Of a DNA stretch of 64,000 nucleotides, positions 1 through 12,901 are shown piece by piece. A program made the position numbers and the translations under genes. Below the pieces are notes generated by a model. It searched no databases, was not told the DNA's origin, and saw nothing but the letters and a program-made list of their open reading frames with translations. The stretch's first letter is position 1, and the number at the start of each line of letters is the position of its first letter. Source of the stretch: Octopus sinensis (taxonomy: Eukaryota); assembly GCF_006345805.1 (NCBI RefSeq), contig NC_043003.1:34286001-34350000 (forward strand). Direction: 5' to 3'.

Positions 1-1161
1 TGACGTCGACAGGTTCCTACCAAAGACGTAGGAGGTAGAGATTTGAGATCAGTGCAGACGGTTTCCGAATGTAAAATAGTTTCTCTCATACAGTGCTTGC
101 TAAACAACGACAGCAAAAATAGATATATTAACTTAGTGAAGCGAACTTATCAGGAATCACTTCCTTCCTGGTGACCTCTGACCACTCATACAACTCTAAA
201 ACTGCCGGATCAACATACCTCAAAGAAGACCTGGATGTGAGATGCTCAATATACTTCCCTATGGGACACGACATTGTCACAAAAACAATATACAATGCTA
301 TTCGGAAGAAAAGACTGTTGTAGAATAAACTAGCAGTATCGCCCGGCGTTGCTCGAGTTTGTAAGGGAAATAACTATATAAGCATTTTTAGAGATGTAAA
401 GTATAATAGCCATCTCAATATGGCTAACCACAAAGGTGGGGGTGTTACTGTAGCTTTTTACCTTCTGAGATTTAATAATAAATTTTTAGAGAGTTACTTC
501 CCTTATATATGCCAAAAATGCATTAAAAATGGGAAAAATATGATGGTATTTTTTTTAATCGTAGACTCCTCGTAGACGCGCGCTAATACCCAGAAGGGCT
601 CGATATGAATCACGACTATAAGATACCCGGTTTTGGTTAAACTGCACCGCAAAATGTGAGAGTAGTTAGGAATCTAAATCGCAAGAGACAGACACTCACA
701 CAACTTCACTTTTATATATAAAGATATAGAGAATCTATTCGTTATTGAGTACGTACGCAAACATCAATACAAGGAACGCTTGTGGAACATTCCCATCAAA
801 ATATCTGTCAAGCGTAAACATATCAGGTGGGAAACTGTTGCGAATGACAAGAAAAAGTGTGTTCCATCAGAGAGCTGAGTTGTCCAGCTAATGTGAATAT
901 GTCTTTCAAGATCAAAGATAAAGAGGATGACTATGGACAACTGCTTCAAAATCTCCAGTATCTATATCCATATTATAAATTCCCATTTATTTCAATAATA
1001 ATTGGTGCTCTTGATCCTGTGAGCAAATGCCTAAGTAACAATCTGGATAAGCTAGGATTTTTCAGAAAAAGAAATCGGTTATCTCGCACATTACAAATAT
1101 CATCTGTAGTAAATGGAACAGTAAACATAATACAATATTTTCCTCCATGTTTAAAATGTGA
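1..1161 (+). mobile_element. Decayed 3' part of an R4/Dong-like non-LTR retrotransposon (restriction-like endonuclease type), interrupted by a Helitron
   Basis: With frameshifts, 1-170 reads DVDRFLP/KDVGGRDLRSVQTVSECKIVSL, like the post-RT DVDRLYLPRKEGGRGL motif. 770-1161 reads LWNIPIKISVKRKH...ELSCPANVNMSFKIKDKEDDYGQLLQNLQYLYPYYKF...IIIGALDPVSKCL, like the RLE C-terminus (I/V-D/E-x-S-C-P...K..KY..L...PIIIGALG). Confidence 0.75.
330..724 (-). mobile_element. Non-autonomous Helitron (about 395 bp)
   Basis: On the minus strand it begins A|TC (TCTTTATATATAAAAG) and ends CTAG|T. A GC-rich imperfect hairpin (CTCGAGCAACGCCGGG) lies just before CTAG. It is inserted between A and T with no TSD and splits the LINE remnant. 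Confidence 0.75.
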
Positions 1162-1269
1162 TATTGTTTTTGTTATATTCATTCCAACCATGGAGTATTA
1201 TTGCATGTTTGATAGAAACGAGCTCCTTCTTCAGAAGAAAAATTCAGATAGTTAAAAACAGAACTTACA

Positions 1270-1275
1270 TACGTA

Positions 1276-1307
<32 letters not shown>

Positions 1308-1445
1308 TACACACACACACAACATACATACATACATACATACATACATACACACACACACATACATACATACATACATACATACATACATACATACATA
1401 CATACATACATACATGCATACATGCATACATACATACATACATAC
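1270..1445. repeat. (TACA)n/(CA)n compound microsatellite
   Basis: Read directly. It is the source of the YIHT/MYVC ORFs. Confidence 0.95.
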
Positions 1446-1897
1446 ATTTTAGAACATCAAAACATCGCATCTTCACACAATCAAGATATTAATATTACGT
1501 CAATTTTACTATAGCACCTTATTGATTGAGATTCCAGAATATTATCATTCTGACTTAAAATCGTTAATGTTATCTAAACATTATAATTTCGCGTATATAC
1601 ATTTTGTGATAGAGTTGTATATCCTTTTATCTAGTCGGTTGTATTTCTGTGTCAAGATATAAAGCAATGACAACGTTTGTTGGCTCACAGGGTGTGAGAT
1701 TTTCGCAAGATCTACGAAAAAGTTTTAAAATAAACTTATAAATCTGAAAAAATGAATACCAATTTTGTTTTTATAATCTTCATCATATTAATTTCTGGTA
1801 TTATAGTATACACATATACGTTGTGTACATTTTTATAAACATGCATATGTGTGTATATGTGTGTGTGTGTGCATGCGTACTTACATACAAACATACA

Positions 1898-1945
<48 letters not shown>

Positions 1946-4900
1946 TATACATACATAAATATATCTGAGCGCGCGCATGTGTGTGTGTAGGTGCATATGC
2001 TATAGTGGAGGTTTAAATACTCAATACACTATTGTGATGAAGCATTTTGTGTTCGATATGTGTTTAAGTATGTTACACATACACAACAAACACACACAGA
2101 CATAAATATACACACACATACACACAACGAATTAACATTACGGTGTAAAGTTTTAGAGAATTTTAGCAAATTTTACATGTACATACATTCAGAAAAGCAC
2201 ATACACATACACACAGACCATCTAAATACCTCTTCATTTCCCCTTCATCTCTCCTCCTCTTCCCCTCTCTCCCCTTCCCCCCTCTCCCCCTCTACTTCTC
2301 CCTCTCTTTCTGAATGAAAGACATACAAACAGTAGCTTTTATAATTAGTCAAGCGTTCGCCCATCATATCGATAGAGAAGACTAACTTCTAGAAATTAAT
2401 TAAATCACAAAAACTTTTCACGATTTCACGCCCACACGAGACTCCATTATGTTAAACTCGAATACCAAGAGAATAAACCTTCAGCCAAAATGAGAGATGT
2501 TCTAATCTCTTCTTTAACCCTTACCCACCCATCATGCTTACACTTCTATTTTTACTTTTTAATCATATATTTCTGTCTTTTAATTTTTAACCTTAATACG
2601 TTTTACATTTCGTTCAGCCTCGTTCTTTGTCTTCTGTTATAAATTCGATTCGTAACTATGACGTATTCTAGGAATGTAACACCAGCCTCGAGTCAACAAA
2701 GGAAGTTTTGTGGAGTCGTTAGTTATTCTAGAAATAGCAGCAAAAACTCCCTCAAATGTCACCTTTATGGAAAGATAGGGATATAAATATTAATGTAAAT
2801 CCTAAATTAGCAATCTATTAAAGGACAGGATGGCTATGGTATAAACGTTTTTAATAATAGCTCTGCTTGGTCAGGACTAACTTTGGGCTAAACGGCTACA
2901 ACACTATAACTAGCAGGTACTTTATTTTACCTATCCCGAGAGGATGAAAAGTAAAGGTGACTTTAGCAGAAGTTGAAACCAGAACATAGATCGTCTAAAT
3001 AGCGTAATTAAAGTAATTACTGCAAGCACTTTTACTTGCATTCAGAGGACCGCTTGAAGCAATTGCTGCAAATTTCGCTTGACTTCGTTATGTCATTCTA
3101 TTGCTAATGTCTTTACGAAATGGATGAACATCACAGAAGCTTACTTGCTCTCTTCTCATGTTTCATTATGTTGTATCAGCGACTGATCTGCTACTATCGT
3201 CATTCAATCTACGAGACTAATAGCAGCCAAAATTCTATCAAACCACACCCTGCAACTGTCTTAGAAAAAGATTCATTGGCTATTGTAATCCAATGTCTCA
3301 TTACGTCTCAACAACAATAAATGGCGTAGTCAAGGCTGTAATGCGATGAGACTGTTGGTCTATTCAATAATGACTGACATTGACCTAAATAACATGTTAA
3401 TTTAAATAAAGCGATTACTGTTTTTTTTTTCTTTTCTTTTCTTTTTTTACCTTTTCTACTTTCACTTTTTAGAAATCACAAACGATATCATCATCGTCTA
3501 AAATATATCCACGCTAGTTTTGTTCGATTTGATTAGAAAGCTTCAACCCTCCTTCAACCCTTCTCTGCTTTGCTAAGAAAATACAGTAAGTACCAGTAAT
3601 ACGCTAGGGATGATTCAAACGACACAGACCCTACTGATTGCAACAAATATAAGAGAAGACGCCATAAATATGTATCAGAGAACTATAGACAATGGAAATT
3701 ACCCCCAGTACATGCTGGATTCTTTGTTTAATTAGTTCTTGGGAGTTGAAAGTCAGCATTTAGGAGGGGTTTGAACTCAAATGTACAGAATTGGTACTTA
3801 GTATATACTGTAGTATATACTAAAATCTATTTTGTCCTACAGAGCAACATTCTTGGAGCTCTCACCCCTCCTAACAAAATGTTGGCCTTCTGCCTACATA
3901 AACATGACATTTTATTCTTCTCATGTTTCCTCGCCCAACTACTCATTCTTAATCCAGTTCTTCTACTTTTTCCTCCTCGTCGTCGTCGTCGTTGTCGGTG
4001 TCTTAGTATCGTTCCTCATATTTTGGTCTCCTACGTCATCTTTGACTCCTGCTACTGTTTTTGGTTCATTCATTACACCCACACCTACACCCATTACTAC
4101 AACTAATTCTCTTCCGCCTTCACTCCTGTTCCTTCGCTGGCAGCTCTAACACCACTGCCAGCATCGTCTACACCACTACTATTACCGTCACCACCAAAAT
4201 CATCTCTCTTCATCACCATGATCATCATCGTCATTGTTCCAACAACAGCTTAGTAAGCGAACATCATGAACCAAATCCACTACTCTTAGCCCCCTACCCA
4301 CCCTCCAACACAACCCCCCCCCCACCTCATCTTCATTCATCATTCCATCCCGCTCCACCGTCACATCCAACACCACCTTGCAGAACTTCCTGCTTTCGTT
4401 ATCTTCTTCACCAGGGAAAAATGCTTTAAAAAATAGGACACAGTTTAACTAACAAAGGAAATGGTAAAATCGATTCGGCAACCTCAAAAACTTGGAATGG
4501 AATTAGAAGAGGCAACGAGACGAGACACGTTCCTGTACGTGTAGTGAGTGTATGACAAGGAGGGAACAGCTCCGTAAAAATGGTACCAGTAAATTCGGGA
4601 TGAAAAATATAACACTTCGTACAAATATATATATGATGAAACAACGCCATATGTTACACAAAATTCCCCACATTTATGTATGTATGTGTGCATGTATGTA
4701 TACATGTAATGTATGTGCATCTCTCTCTCTCTCTCTCTCTCTCTTAACTATAATATATCAGTACGTGTGTGTGCGTGTTTGTGTGTGTGTGTGTGTGTGT
4801 AGTGTTTTAGTGTGGTTACACTAAAGTGATATGGACATTCCTCTTCCAAGGTGCACAAATTTGTTTGTATATATTTAAATTAAACATCTAATGCATGAGT

Positions 4901-5019
4901 ATGTGTATATATGTATATATGTGTCTCTCTCTCTGTGTATATATATACACACACATAATATATATATATTTATATATGTCTCTATCTATCTATCTATCTA
5001 TCTAAGTATCTATATACTT

Positions 5020-5087
<68 letters not shown>

Positions 5088-5749
5088 GCATACACACACA
5101 CGCACACATATATATATATATGTGTGTATGTGTATTATATATATATATGTGTGTGTGTGTGCATGTATGCGTGTGTGTATATATATATATATGTATGTAT
5201 ATATGTATATAGATGTAGGTATGTATATAGACACACACACACACACACCACACACACACACACACCACACACTCAGAGAGTGAGATAGAAAGAGCGTGTG
5301 TGTGTGTAAGCGAGCGAGCTACGCATATGTTTTGTTTTTTTAAATGTGTGTGCAAGTTGGTAAGTAGTCAAAGGATGAAAAATCACGTGGCATTGGTCTA
5401 TTAATGCGATAGCAGTAGATGCAGGCTAGAACTAGTGAGGTGTGTTTGAACGCTGTACTATGTGTAGACTGCTTCATAGTGTGTCTCTGTACTCTTTGTC
5501 GTTTGTGCGCGTGCAAGTGTGTGTATGCATTTAATTTGCCACTGACGATGTGCGTTTTTTCGAGTGAGTGTATGCATGTGCATACCTGAATTATACTGTG
5601 CGTATGTGTGTGTGTGTGTGTATGTATGTCTTAGTATGTGTATATGTGTAATATTTGTTTACAAATGTGCAACCGTGTGTGAGCAGGTTTGTGTGTGTGT
5701 GTATCTATTTTATTTGTCTATGAGAGTGTATATGAGTTTGGTGTATATG

Positions 5750-5795
<46 letters not shown>

Positions 5796-6244
5796 TGTGT
5801 GTGTGTCTGTGTGTGTGTGTGTGTCTGTGTGCGCGCGTGTGTGTATGTGTAAGCATTTGCTTGTGGTACTGTTTAGGGATATAGATAGATACATCAACAA
5901 AGGAACGAACAAAAAATCCGAAGGAAAGGACGAATAAAGGAATGGCTGAATGAACGAACGAAAGAGCGAACGAATGAATGACTGACTGAATGAATGAATG
6001 AATTAATGAATGAATGTTTGAACAACAGAATGGATCACGGCTCGTTTCGATTAACCAGTATCTCAGAATTCCATTTTCGTAGTTTTGGAACGGTGAAACT
6101 GGAAACAGATAAAGCTATAAATAGTACCGTGAAAATATAGGGTTTAAACCCTTTATTAAAAAAATGGTTAAAAACTGCTCGTGAAATTCGAACCCATATT
6201 TTCTGTAAGCAAGACAAACGTTCTACCATTGGACCCAAAATACG

Positions 6245-6289
<45 letters not shown>

Positions 6290-6466
6290 TGTGTATGTGT
6301 GTGGTAATACGTTTATGTATGCAATTATTCGAAAGCGTACTCAATAATCTTTTGTGGAACGAAATAATTTTTATTGTAGGCTGAAACTTTTGTAATTCTC
6401 ATTACTTCATATTTATGTCTTCATGTAACCTTGCCTGACGATTGAAAACGGGAACTATGTACGTAC

Positions 6467-6497
<31 letters not shown>

Positions 6498-6855
6498 TGT
6501 ATGTATGTATGTATGTATGTGTGTATGTGTGTATGTATGTATGTATGTATGTATGTATGTATGTATGTATGTATGTATCTATCTATCTATCTATCTATCT
6601 AATAACAACTTAATAAATAAAACATATGCATACATACATACATACATATATGTACATACCTACATCTATATGTATATATACATGCATATATGAGTACAGG
6701 ACACCACAAATAAACGTAGAACACAACGAGAAACGAAAACATAAAATCAAACAAGGAAACGGACATTTTTAACAACGAAGAAAACAAAATACAAAACAAA
6801 CAATACAAGGAATATTCCCCTTCATCAGCTGCCCCTGTTTCGACTCAATGCGTGT

Positions 6856-6915
<60 letters not shown>

Positions 6916-7295
6916 ATATCTATGTGTGTGTGTTTATTTGTATATATATGTTTGAATGTACGTGTTCACGTAAATTAAATGACAACCGCTGTACAATTAT
7001 TACTCGCTGAAAAGATCTACCTAGACATCGAATAATATTGTGAGTCACTATTGGCCAGACTCATGTACCCTTAACGTAATCCCAATCCTCTGTCAGACAG
7101 TTATCAGTGTTTCACTATCTAACAATGGTGGGTCCTTAAATTTCAAGAAATCCAGGCGACGGGCTTCCGAACAGTTTCCTTCTTACCCAGTTTTATTCAC
7201 ATTCCTTAAATCGACCAAGGGCATGTTATAGAATACTAAATCTTTTGTACAAGTGCCATCGAACTTGAAATATTGAATGAGTACGAGTATGCTAT

Positions 7296-7690
7296 TTTAC
7301 TCTTTTACTTGTTTCAGTCATTTGACTGTGGCCATGCTGGAGCACCGCATTTAGTCGAGCAAATCGACCCCGGGACTTATTCTTTGTAAGCCTAGTACTT
7401 ATTCTATCGGTCTCTTTTGCCGAACCGCTAAGTTACGGGGACGTAAACACACCAGCATCGGTTGTCAAGCGATATTGGGGAGAGAAACACAGACACACAA
7501 ACACACACACACACACATATATATATATACATATATACGACGGGATTTTTTCAGTTTCCGTCTACCAAATCCACTCACAAGGCTTTGGTCGGCCCGAGGC
7601 TATAGTAGAAGACACTTGCCCAAGATGCCACGCAGTGGGACTGAACCCGGAACCATGTGGTTCGTAAGCAAGCTACTTACCACACAGCCA
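7296..7690 (-). mobile_element. CORE-type tRNA SINE (octopus OR-like) with an internal microsatellite
   Basis: Head GTGGTAAGTAGCTTGC...GGTTCAGTCCCACTGCGTGGCATCTTGGGCAAGTGTC (CORE-like box). Tail GGTGCTCCAGCATGGCCACAGTCAAATGACTGAAAC. Confidence 0.85.
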
Positions 7691-7792
7691 CAACTCTACC
7701 ATACATACAAAACTCTAGCACGTATATAGAAGTATTTATGTCTCAGTGTTTATATGACTGATTTTATGCTCGTGCGTTTATAACTCCAGGTG

Positions 7793-7837
<45 letters not shown>

Positions 7838-9211
7838 TTGGTATTTCCTGATTTTCTTTGTTTGTTTTGTTTATGTAATAAAAGAAAAGAATATGATTGT
7901 CATTGCAACCTCACATGTCAGATGTCAACATTTCTATGCAATGAGGGCTGTCTATAGCAGGGATGAGCATTCTCTTATGGGAAATAGACTGCAAGACGCA
8001 TAGCTTACCGTCAACGATCTGCAGGATGCATATGTCCCATGACCTGTTTACAGTGTCAATAGACACTCTAGAAATAGCAGCCAAAACTACTTCAAAACTT
8101 TGTAAGAAAATGTAAAGGTATACTAGACGGCGCTGTTTCCCTTCAAGAAAATATATTTCCTCTCTGGAATTTCTCTTATCATAAGTCTACTAAATTAGGC
8201 GTGATCTGGAGTTAAGCAACGGCAATTATCAGCATAGGTTGAGTCGGTGAAATATAAAACAAATACATCTTTGTTTAGATACACTGCAGAGACAATGAGT
8301 GGATACGGACTATATGACCGTCCTTTGTACAGCATCACCATTAAGCTGTAGTCTTTTGGCAGGCAAGCAGAAACAACTACAAGCATTTACGCCTCAAAAA
8401 GTTAGCTATCCGGCCGAATATATGAGGCTGTGATGCGCAATCGGAATTCGTAAATTGAATTCAATATCAATGAGGCACCAATTATCAATGTTTTGTGGTC
8501 GGATGTGAAGTATCGACCTATAGCTGACCAATGATTGGTTACAGTGATGCACATGGCACTCACAATGGTGCAGGAAAGAAGAGAGGAAGTGTGCACAGGC
8601 TAATGTTTAACAGATGCAAATTAACAGAATCAACGAGACAAATAACCGTCTTGCGAGGAATAGAATACCTAACCAAAAATATTTCACTACACATACGCAC
8701 ACATAATTGCACAAATGCATACATACATGCACACATATCTTTGTGTGTGAATGTGTGCGTGCATGTGTGTGTATGTGTGCATGTGTGCACTCGCCTATAT
8801 ACCCACACACACACACGTCTTACGATTAATTTAGATACGTTATATTATATATATAGACACATTTCATATATATATACATTATATATATATATATGTATAT
8901 ATATATTTACATATAAATACACATTATATATATATACATACATACATATTCATACACACGCACACATTCTCTGTGTGTGTGCCCACGCGCAGATTGTTTG
9001 AAGTAGTGTACAGATTTTATATATTAAGAGAAGGAGGTAGCCAGGACTTTGGATAATTATTTATTTAGTGCTTTCATCTCTTTCGAGAGATTCATTATGA
9101 ATGATTTATTTACAGAAAATTCATGTCTTTTATATAAATGAGAATTAGTAAAAAATAACTGGAGTTGAATTGGGAAGAGGATGTTCTTTGTTATCATCTA
9201 TTGATATATAC

Positions 9212-9248
<37 letters not shown>

Positions 9249-9895
9249 CGACTTTAATGTCGTTGCCGGTAACACATTTCTACTCACACGGCATTAATCT
9301 ATCACGAAGTACACAATACGAAAAGATAGTCGTGCGCTGTTGTATCGCAACCCAAACCATGGCTTTACATGGATCTATAATGCAATGTCATATAGAAAGA
9401 CTTGTTCTTTGAATTACGCCAAATCACAAAGCTAATCACTCGAAATGGCCAATACCAGTTATACTCGTGAAAATAGTAGTTACTGTTTAAGCCTAGTCCA
9501 GCTTCCATTTAATATGTCCATGGTCGAACGCATTGCCGTTACGGCTATTTTGTCTATTATCGCTAGGTTTGATATATTATGGATCTTCTGATAGTGATTT
9601 GGTTGCTTTTTCCAGACGAGCATTTTGCCTCGTAGTCGGAGGAAGAACACAAAAGACAGGAGGTAATTGCAAGCAAATCTTAAGGGAGGTAACTTCAAGA
9701 AAGTTTGACTTAATTTCTACCTATTTTCCCCTTAGATTACTTTTTAATATTATGCAAATCGTAATTGATAGGTTGTAGTTGCAGGAATAGCAGTAACAGC
9801 AACAATAACAAGAACAGCAGTATAAGTAGAGAAATAACTCAGCAACTATTAGCAGCAACAGCAGCAGCAGCGGCAACAGCAGCAGCAGTAGCAAC

Positions 9896-9940
<45 letters not shown>

Positions 9941-9950
9941 GGTGGTGGTG

Positions 9951-9982
<32 letters not shown>

Positions 9983-10986
9983 CATATTAGTAGTAGTAGT
10001 AGTAGTAGTAGTATTGAGCTGTCAAAATAGCGCAGAGATTTATAATAGGAACAGGTCAAATATGGCGATGGAGAGGGAGGCAATTATAGACGGATCTGCG
10101 GTGGCAACTGACGAATCAATAATTAAAGATTAAGAAACGCCAGTATGAGATTTAATTTAGATCATATTAAGTAGGTTTAAGGTTTAATTTCACTGTGCTT
10201 AATTGATATTTGTAAGCAAAATCAGAGATTCTGCCACTTTCAATGATTCATACTTAATTTTAACGATATTCGAAAATGGAAAATTTTGTTGGAGAAACGT
10301 TCTACCGAACTGAACTTGTCTTTGTGATTCTCTCGTTACGTTATATATTTTGGGAACGAAATATTAACTCAACCCTACATTTCCTCATCCAGTTTATGTT
10401 CTATATTAGAAGCAATAGTTTGCCAGTATAATTTTCTCTTCATCTGCAACTTCTTTTTCTGTTTTATTTATTTATTTGGATAAATTCAATCAACATCATC
10501 CTCTATGCATTCTATCCTTCCTTGCAAAATAAAAATAATCACCAGTAGTATACTAGTGCCAATTCCTTAATTATATATCTCTGTCAAAGATTGGTTTCGT
10601 ATCTAGTGAAATAAAGTGATTATATAATGTTTTGTCATCCTTAATAAGTACCAAGTACAGTTCTCTAAATACAATATCTTATGTCAGAGGACTGTAATAA
10701 TATATAAGCAGGCATGCAAACGTTTGTGTATGATGCTTATGTGGCCTGATGCATTTTCTTGAACGGAAGCTGACAAAAGAAATAAGAATAAATCATGGAG
10801 GTTTTATTCTTAACATTCGTACAATCGTTTTCTGGTATTATTGTGTGTGCACATATTTATGAATAATTAGGCGTAAAGCTGGAGTACAGCTCAAAAGTGG
10901 AAATATATCTAAAATGGGATATATAGAATATTAGGTTTATAGTCGGATACTTTCTGCAAAAATTCATACAAGGGTAATGTAATATA

Positions 10987-11403
10987 TATTTCTTTACTGC
11001 CCACAAGGGGCTAAACATAGAGGGGACAAACAAGGACAGACAAAGGGATTAAGTCGATTACATCGACCCCAGAACGAAACTGGTACTTTATTTATCGACC
11101 TCGAAAGGATTAAAAGCAAAGTCGACCTCGGCGGAATTTGAACTCAGAACGTAACGACAGACGAAATACCTGTTTCTTTATTACCCACAAGGGGTTAAAC
11201 ATAGAGGGGACAAACAATGACAGAAAAACGGATTAAGTCGATTACATCGACCCCAGTGCGTAACTGGTACTTATTTAATCGACCCCGAAAGGGTGAAAGG
11301 TAAAGTCGACCTCGGCGGAATTTGAACTCAGAACGTAATGGCAGACGAAATACCGCTAAGCATTTCGCTCGGCGCGCTAACGTTTCTGCCAGCTCGTCAC
11401 CTC
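10987..11403 (-). mobile_element. tRNA-derived SINE (Meta-domain-like body), one head plus two tandem body/tail units, with a 16-bp TSD
   Basis: Head GGTGACGAGCTGGCAGAAACGTTAGC, B-box GAGTTCAAATTCC, body CCTTTCATCCTTTCGGGGTCGAT..AAGTACCAG. The tail ...GCCCCTTGTGGGCAGTAAAGAAA occurs twice. The direct repeat AGGGTAATGTAATATA lies at 10971-10986 and 11404-11419. Confidence 0.88.
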
Positions 11404-12038
11404 AGGGTAATGTAATATACATGTATCTATCGTTGTTTATATGGGAAAACAAATGAGTTTACTAGTATGATTACAAAAAAGATCTCAATTAAGCAATTAG
11501 CATTTATTTCATATTCACTAACCTATTTTAGCTAGCAGAACGTAAGACTAAGGAAAACCTAAGATAATAGACGCAACACCAACAAGCGCAATCTCCCACA
11601 AGATAAACGTTACCGTTCCTCAGGAAAAAAAGGTATGCCTAATCAGTCAATAATAGTCCAAGGAAAATAATGTCAATCTCAGAAAAACACAACAGACGGG
11701 ATTGTCGGTCACGTATAGAATGCCAGCATACTCGGATCAAAGTGTCGTTGGGTAAGTTTGAATCGTTCGACCGTGCAATAACAAGCCGAGGAAGCCACTA
11801 CGTTATTGCATAATTTGCTAGAAATAGCAGTGAAATGCCTCTCGAATGACATGCTAGTGTATTGAAAGTGAGATGTGCAAGCATGGACAACATAATTCTA
11901 GAAAACTCTGAAGAAACGAAATGGTTTCCGCTTAAGTACTCTTGATCATGTCTGCCGAATCTAAGTTAAACTGAAACTAAAACGATAACTAACGCTTACT
12001 AAACTGTCATAAGTACATTTGATCATGGCTGATGAAGG

Positions 12039-12074
<36 letters not shown>

Positions 12075-12697
12075 GGTGGTGGTGGTGGTGTTGGTGGTGG
12101 TAGCGTTATTGTTGTTGTTGGTGGTGGTGGTGGTGGTGGTGTTGGTGGTGGTAGCGTTATTGTTGTTGTTGGTGGTGGTGGTAGTAGTAGTAGTTGTAGT
12201 AGTAGTAGTAGTAGTTGTTGTTGTTGCTGTTGTTGTTGTTGTTGTTCTTGTAACCTCATAACCTCCTTCAGTTACAGAGATTAGTGAAAGTTCAAAAGAA
12301 ACTTTTCAGATTTATTGAGGTGGAACGGAAAATTTATGGAGTAGGGTGTTCAATTCAGACTATTTTCTGCCAATTGGGGTTCGAAATTTGATCTCAAATT
12401 TCATTCACCTAATTTTTTTCCTATCGCATCACAGTAATATTGATTATCGCATCAAATCGTACTTCGAAAAAAAAAACAAAAAGCTAGGGATTGTGATAAG
12501 AATTACGATAACGTTGATAGTGAAGGTGGCGTGATGATGGTGGTACTGTTGATTACGACGACGACAATGATAATGGCGGTAGTGGAGATGATGATGATGA
12601 TGATGATGATAATGATGCTGATGACGACGATGATGGTGATGACGACAAAGACAATAATTTGTTTGTTTTATGAAAAATTGTGTTTCTGTAAACTTAC

Positions 12698-12901
12698 CGG
12701 TTCCCAGCCATTCTGTTCCTTTGACCTTCTCATTCGGCGGCAGGATTTCAAATATGTCCGAATCCGTTTTCGGGATCGTTCGTGAAATTCCGGAAATTGT
12801 CGGTCACATGCTTCTAATATAGCCTGAATTTTATCCTTAGGCTGTTTAGAAATGGGCACCATTCTGTCGAGATTTTCATCGACAAACAAACGGACAAACA
12901 T
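12698..12901 (-). CDS. NOL4: Internal coding exon of a nucleolar protein 4-like gene (conserved C-terminal-half domain), 204 nt, phase 0/0
   Basis: Translates to [68 protein letters not shown]. This is nearly identical to the vertebrate NOL4/NOL4L motif as I recall it ([29 protein letters not shown]...[14 protein letters not shown]). Acceptor is ttttttttttctcatccag|ATG and donor is CCG|gtaagt. Confidence 0.95.

Noticed and set aside
6175-6237. tRNA-like sequence (TGGTAGAACG...GGTTCGAAT); a similar one lies at 22441-22497
   Set aside because: A and B boxes are present but the acceptor and anticodon stems do not pair. These are decayed tRNA-derived repeats, not tRNA genes.
6695-6855. CGAAAC...CTGATGA-stem on the minus strand, resembling a hammerhead in a Penelope-like repeat end
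   Set aside because: GAAAC precedes CTGATGA by only 8 nt and no GAAA follows stem II, so a hammerhead cannot fold from this copy. The repeat class is uncertain.
9765-12261. Poly-Val, poly-Gln and poly-Pro ORFs that resemble membrane or prion-like proteins
   Set aside because: They are (GTA)/(GTG)/(GTT) triplet repeats. The 51-bp duplication at 12070-12170 is ordinary slippage.
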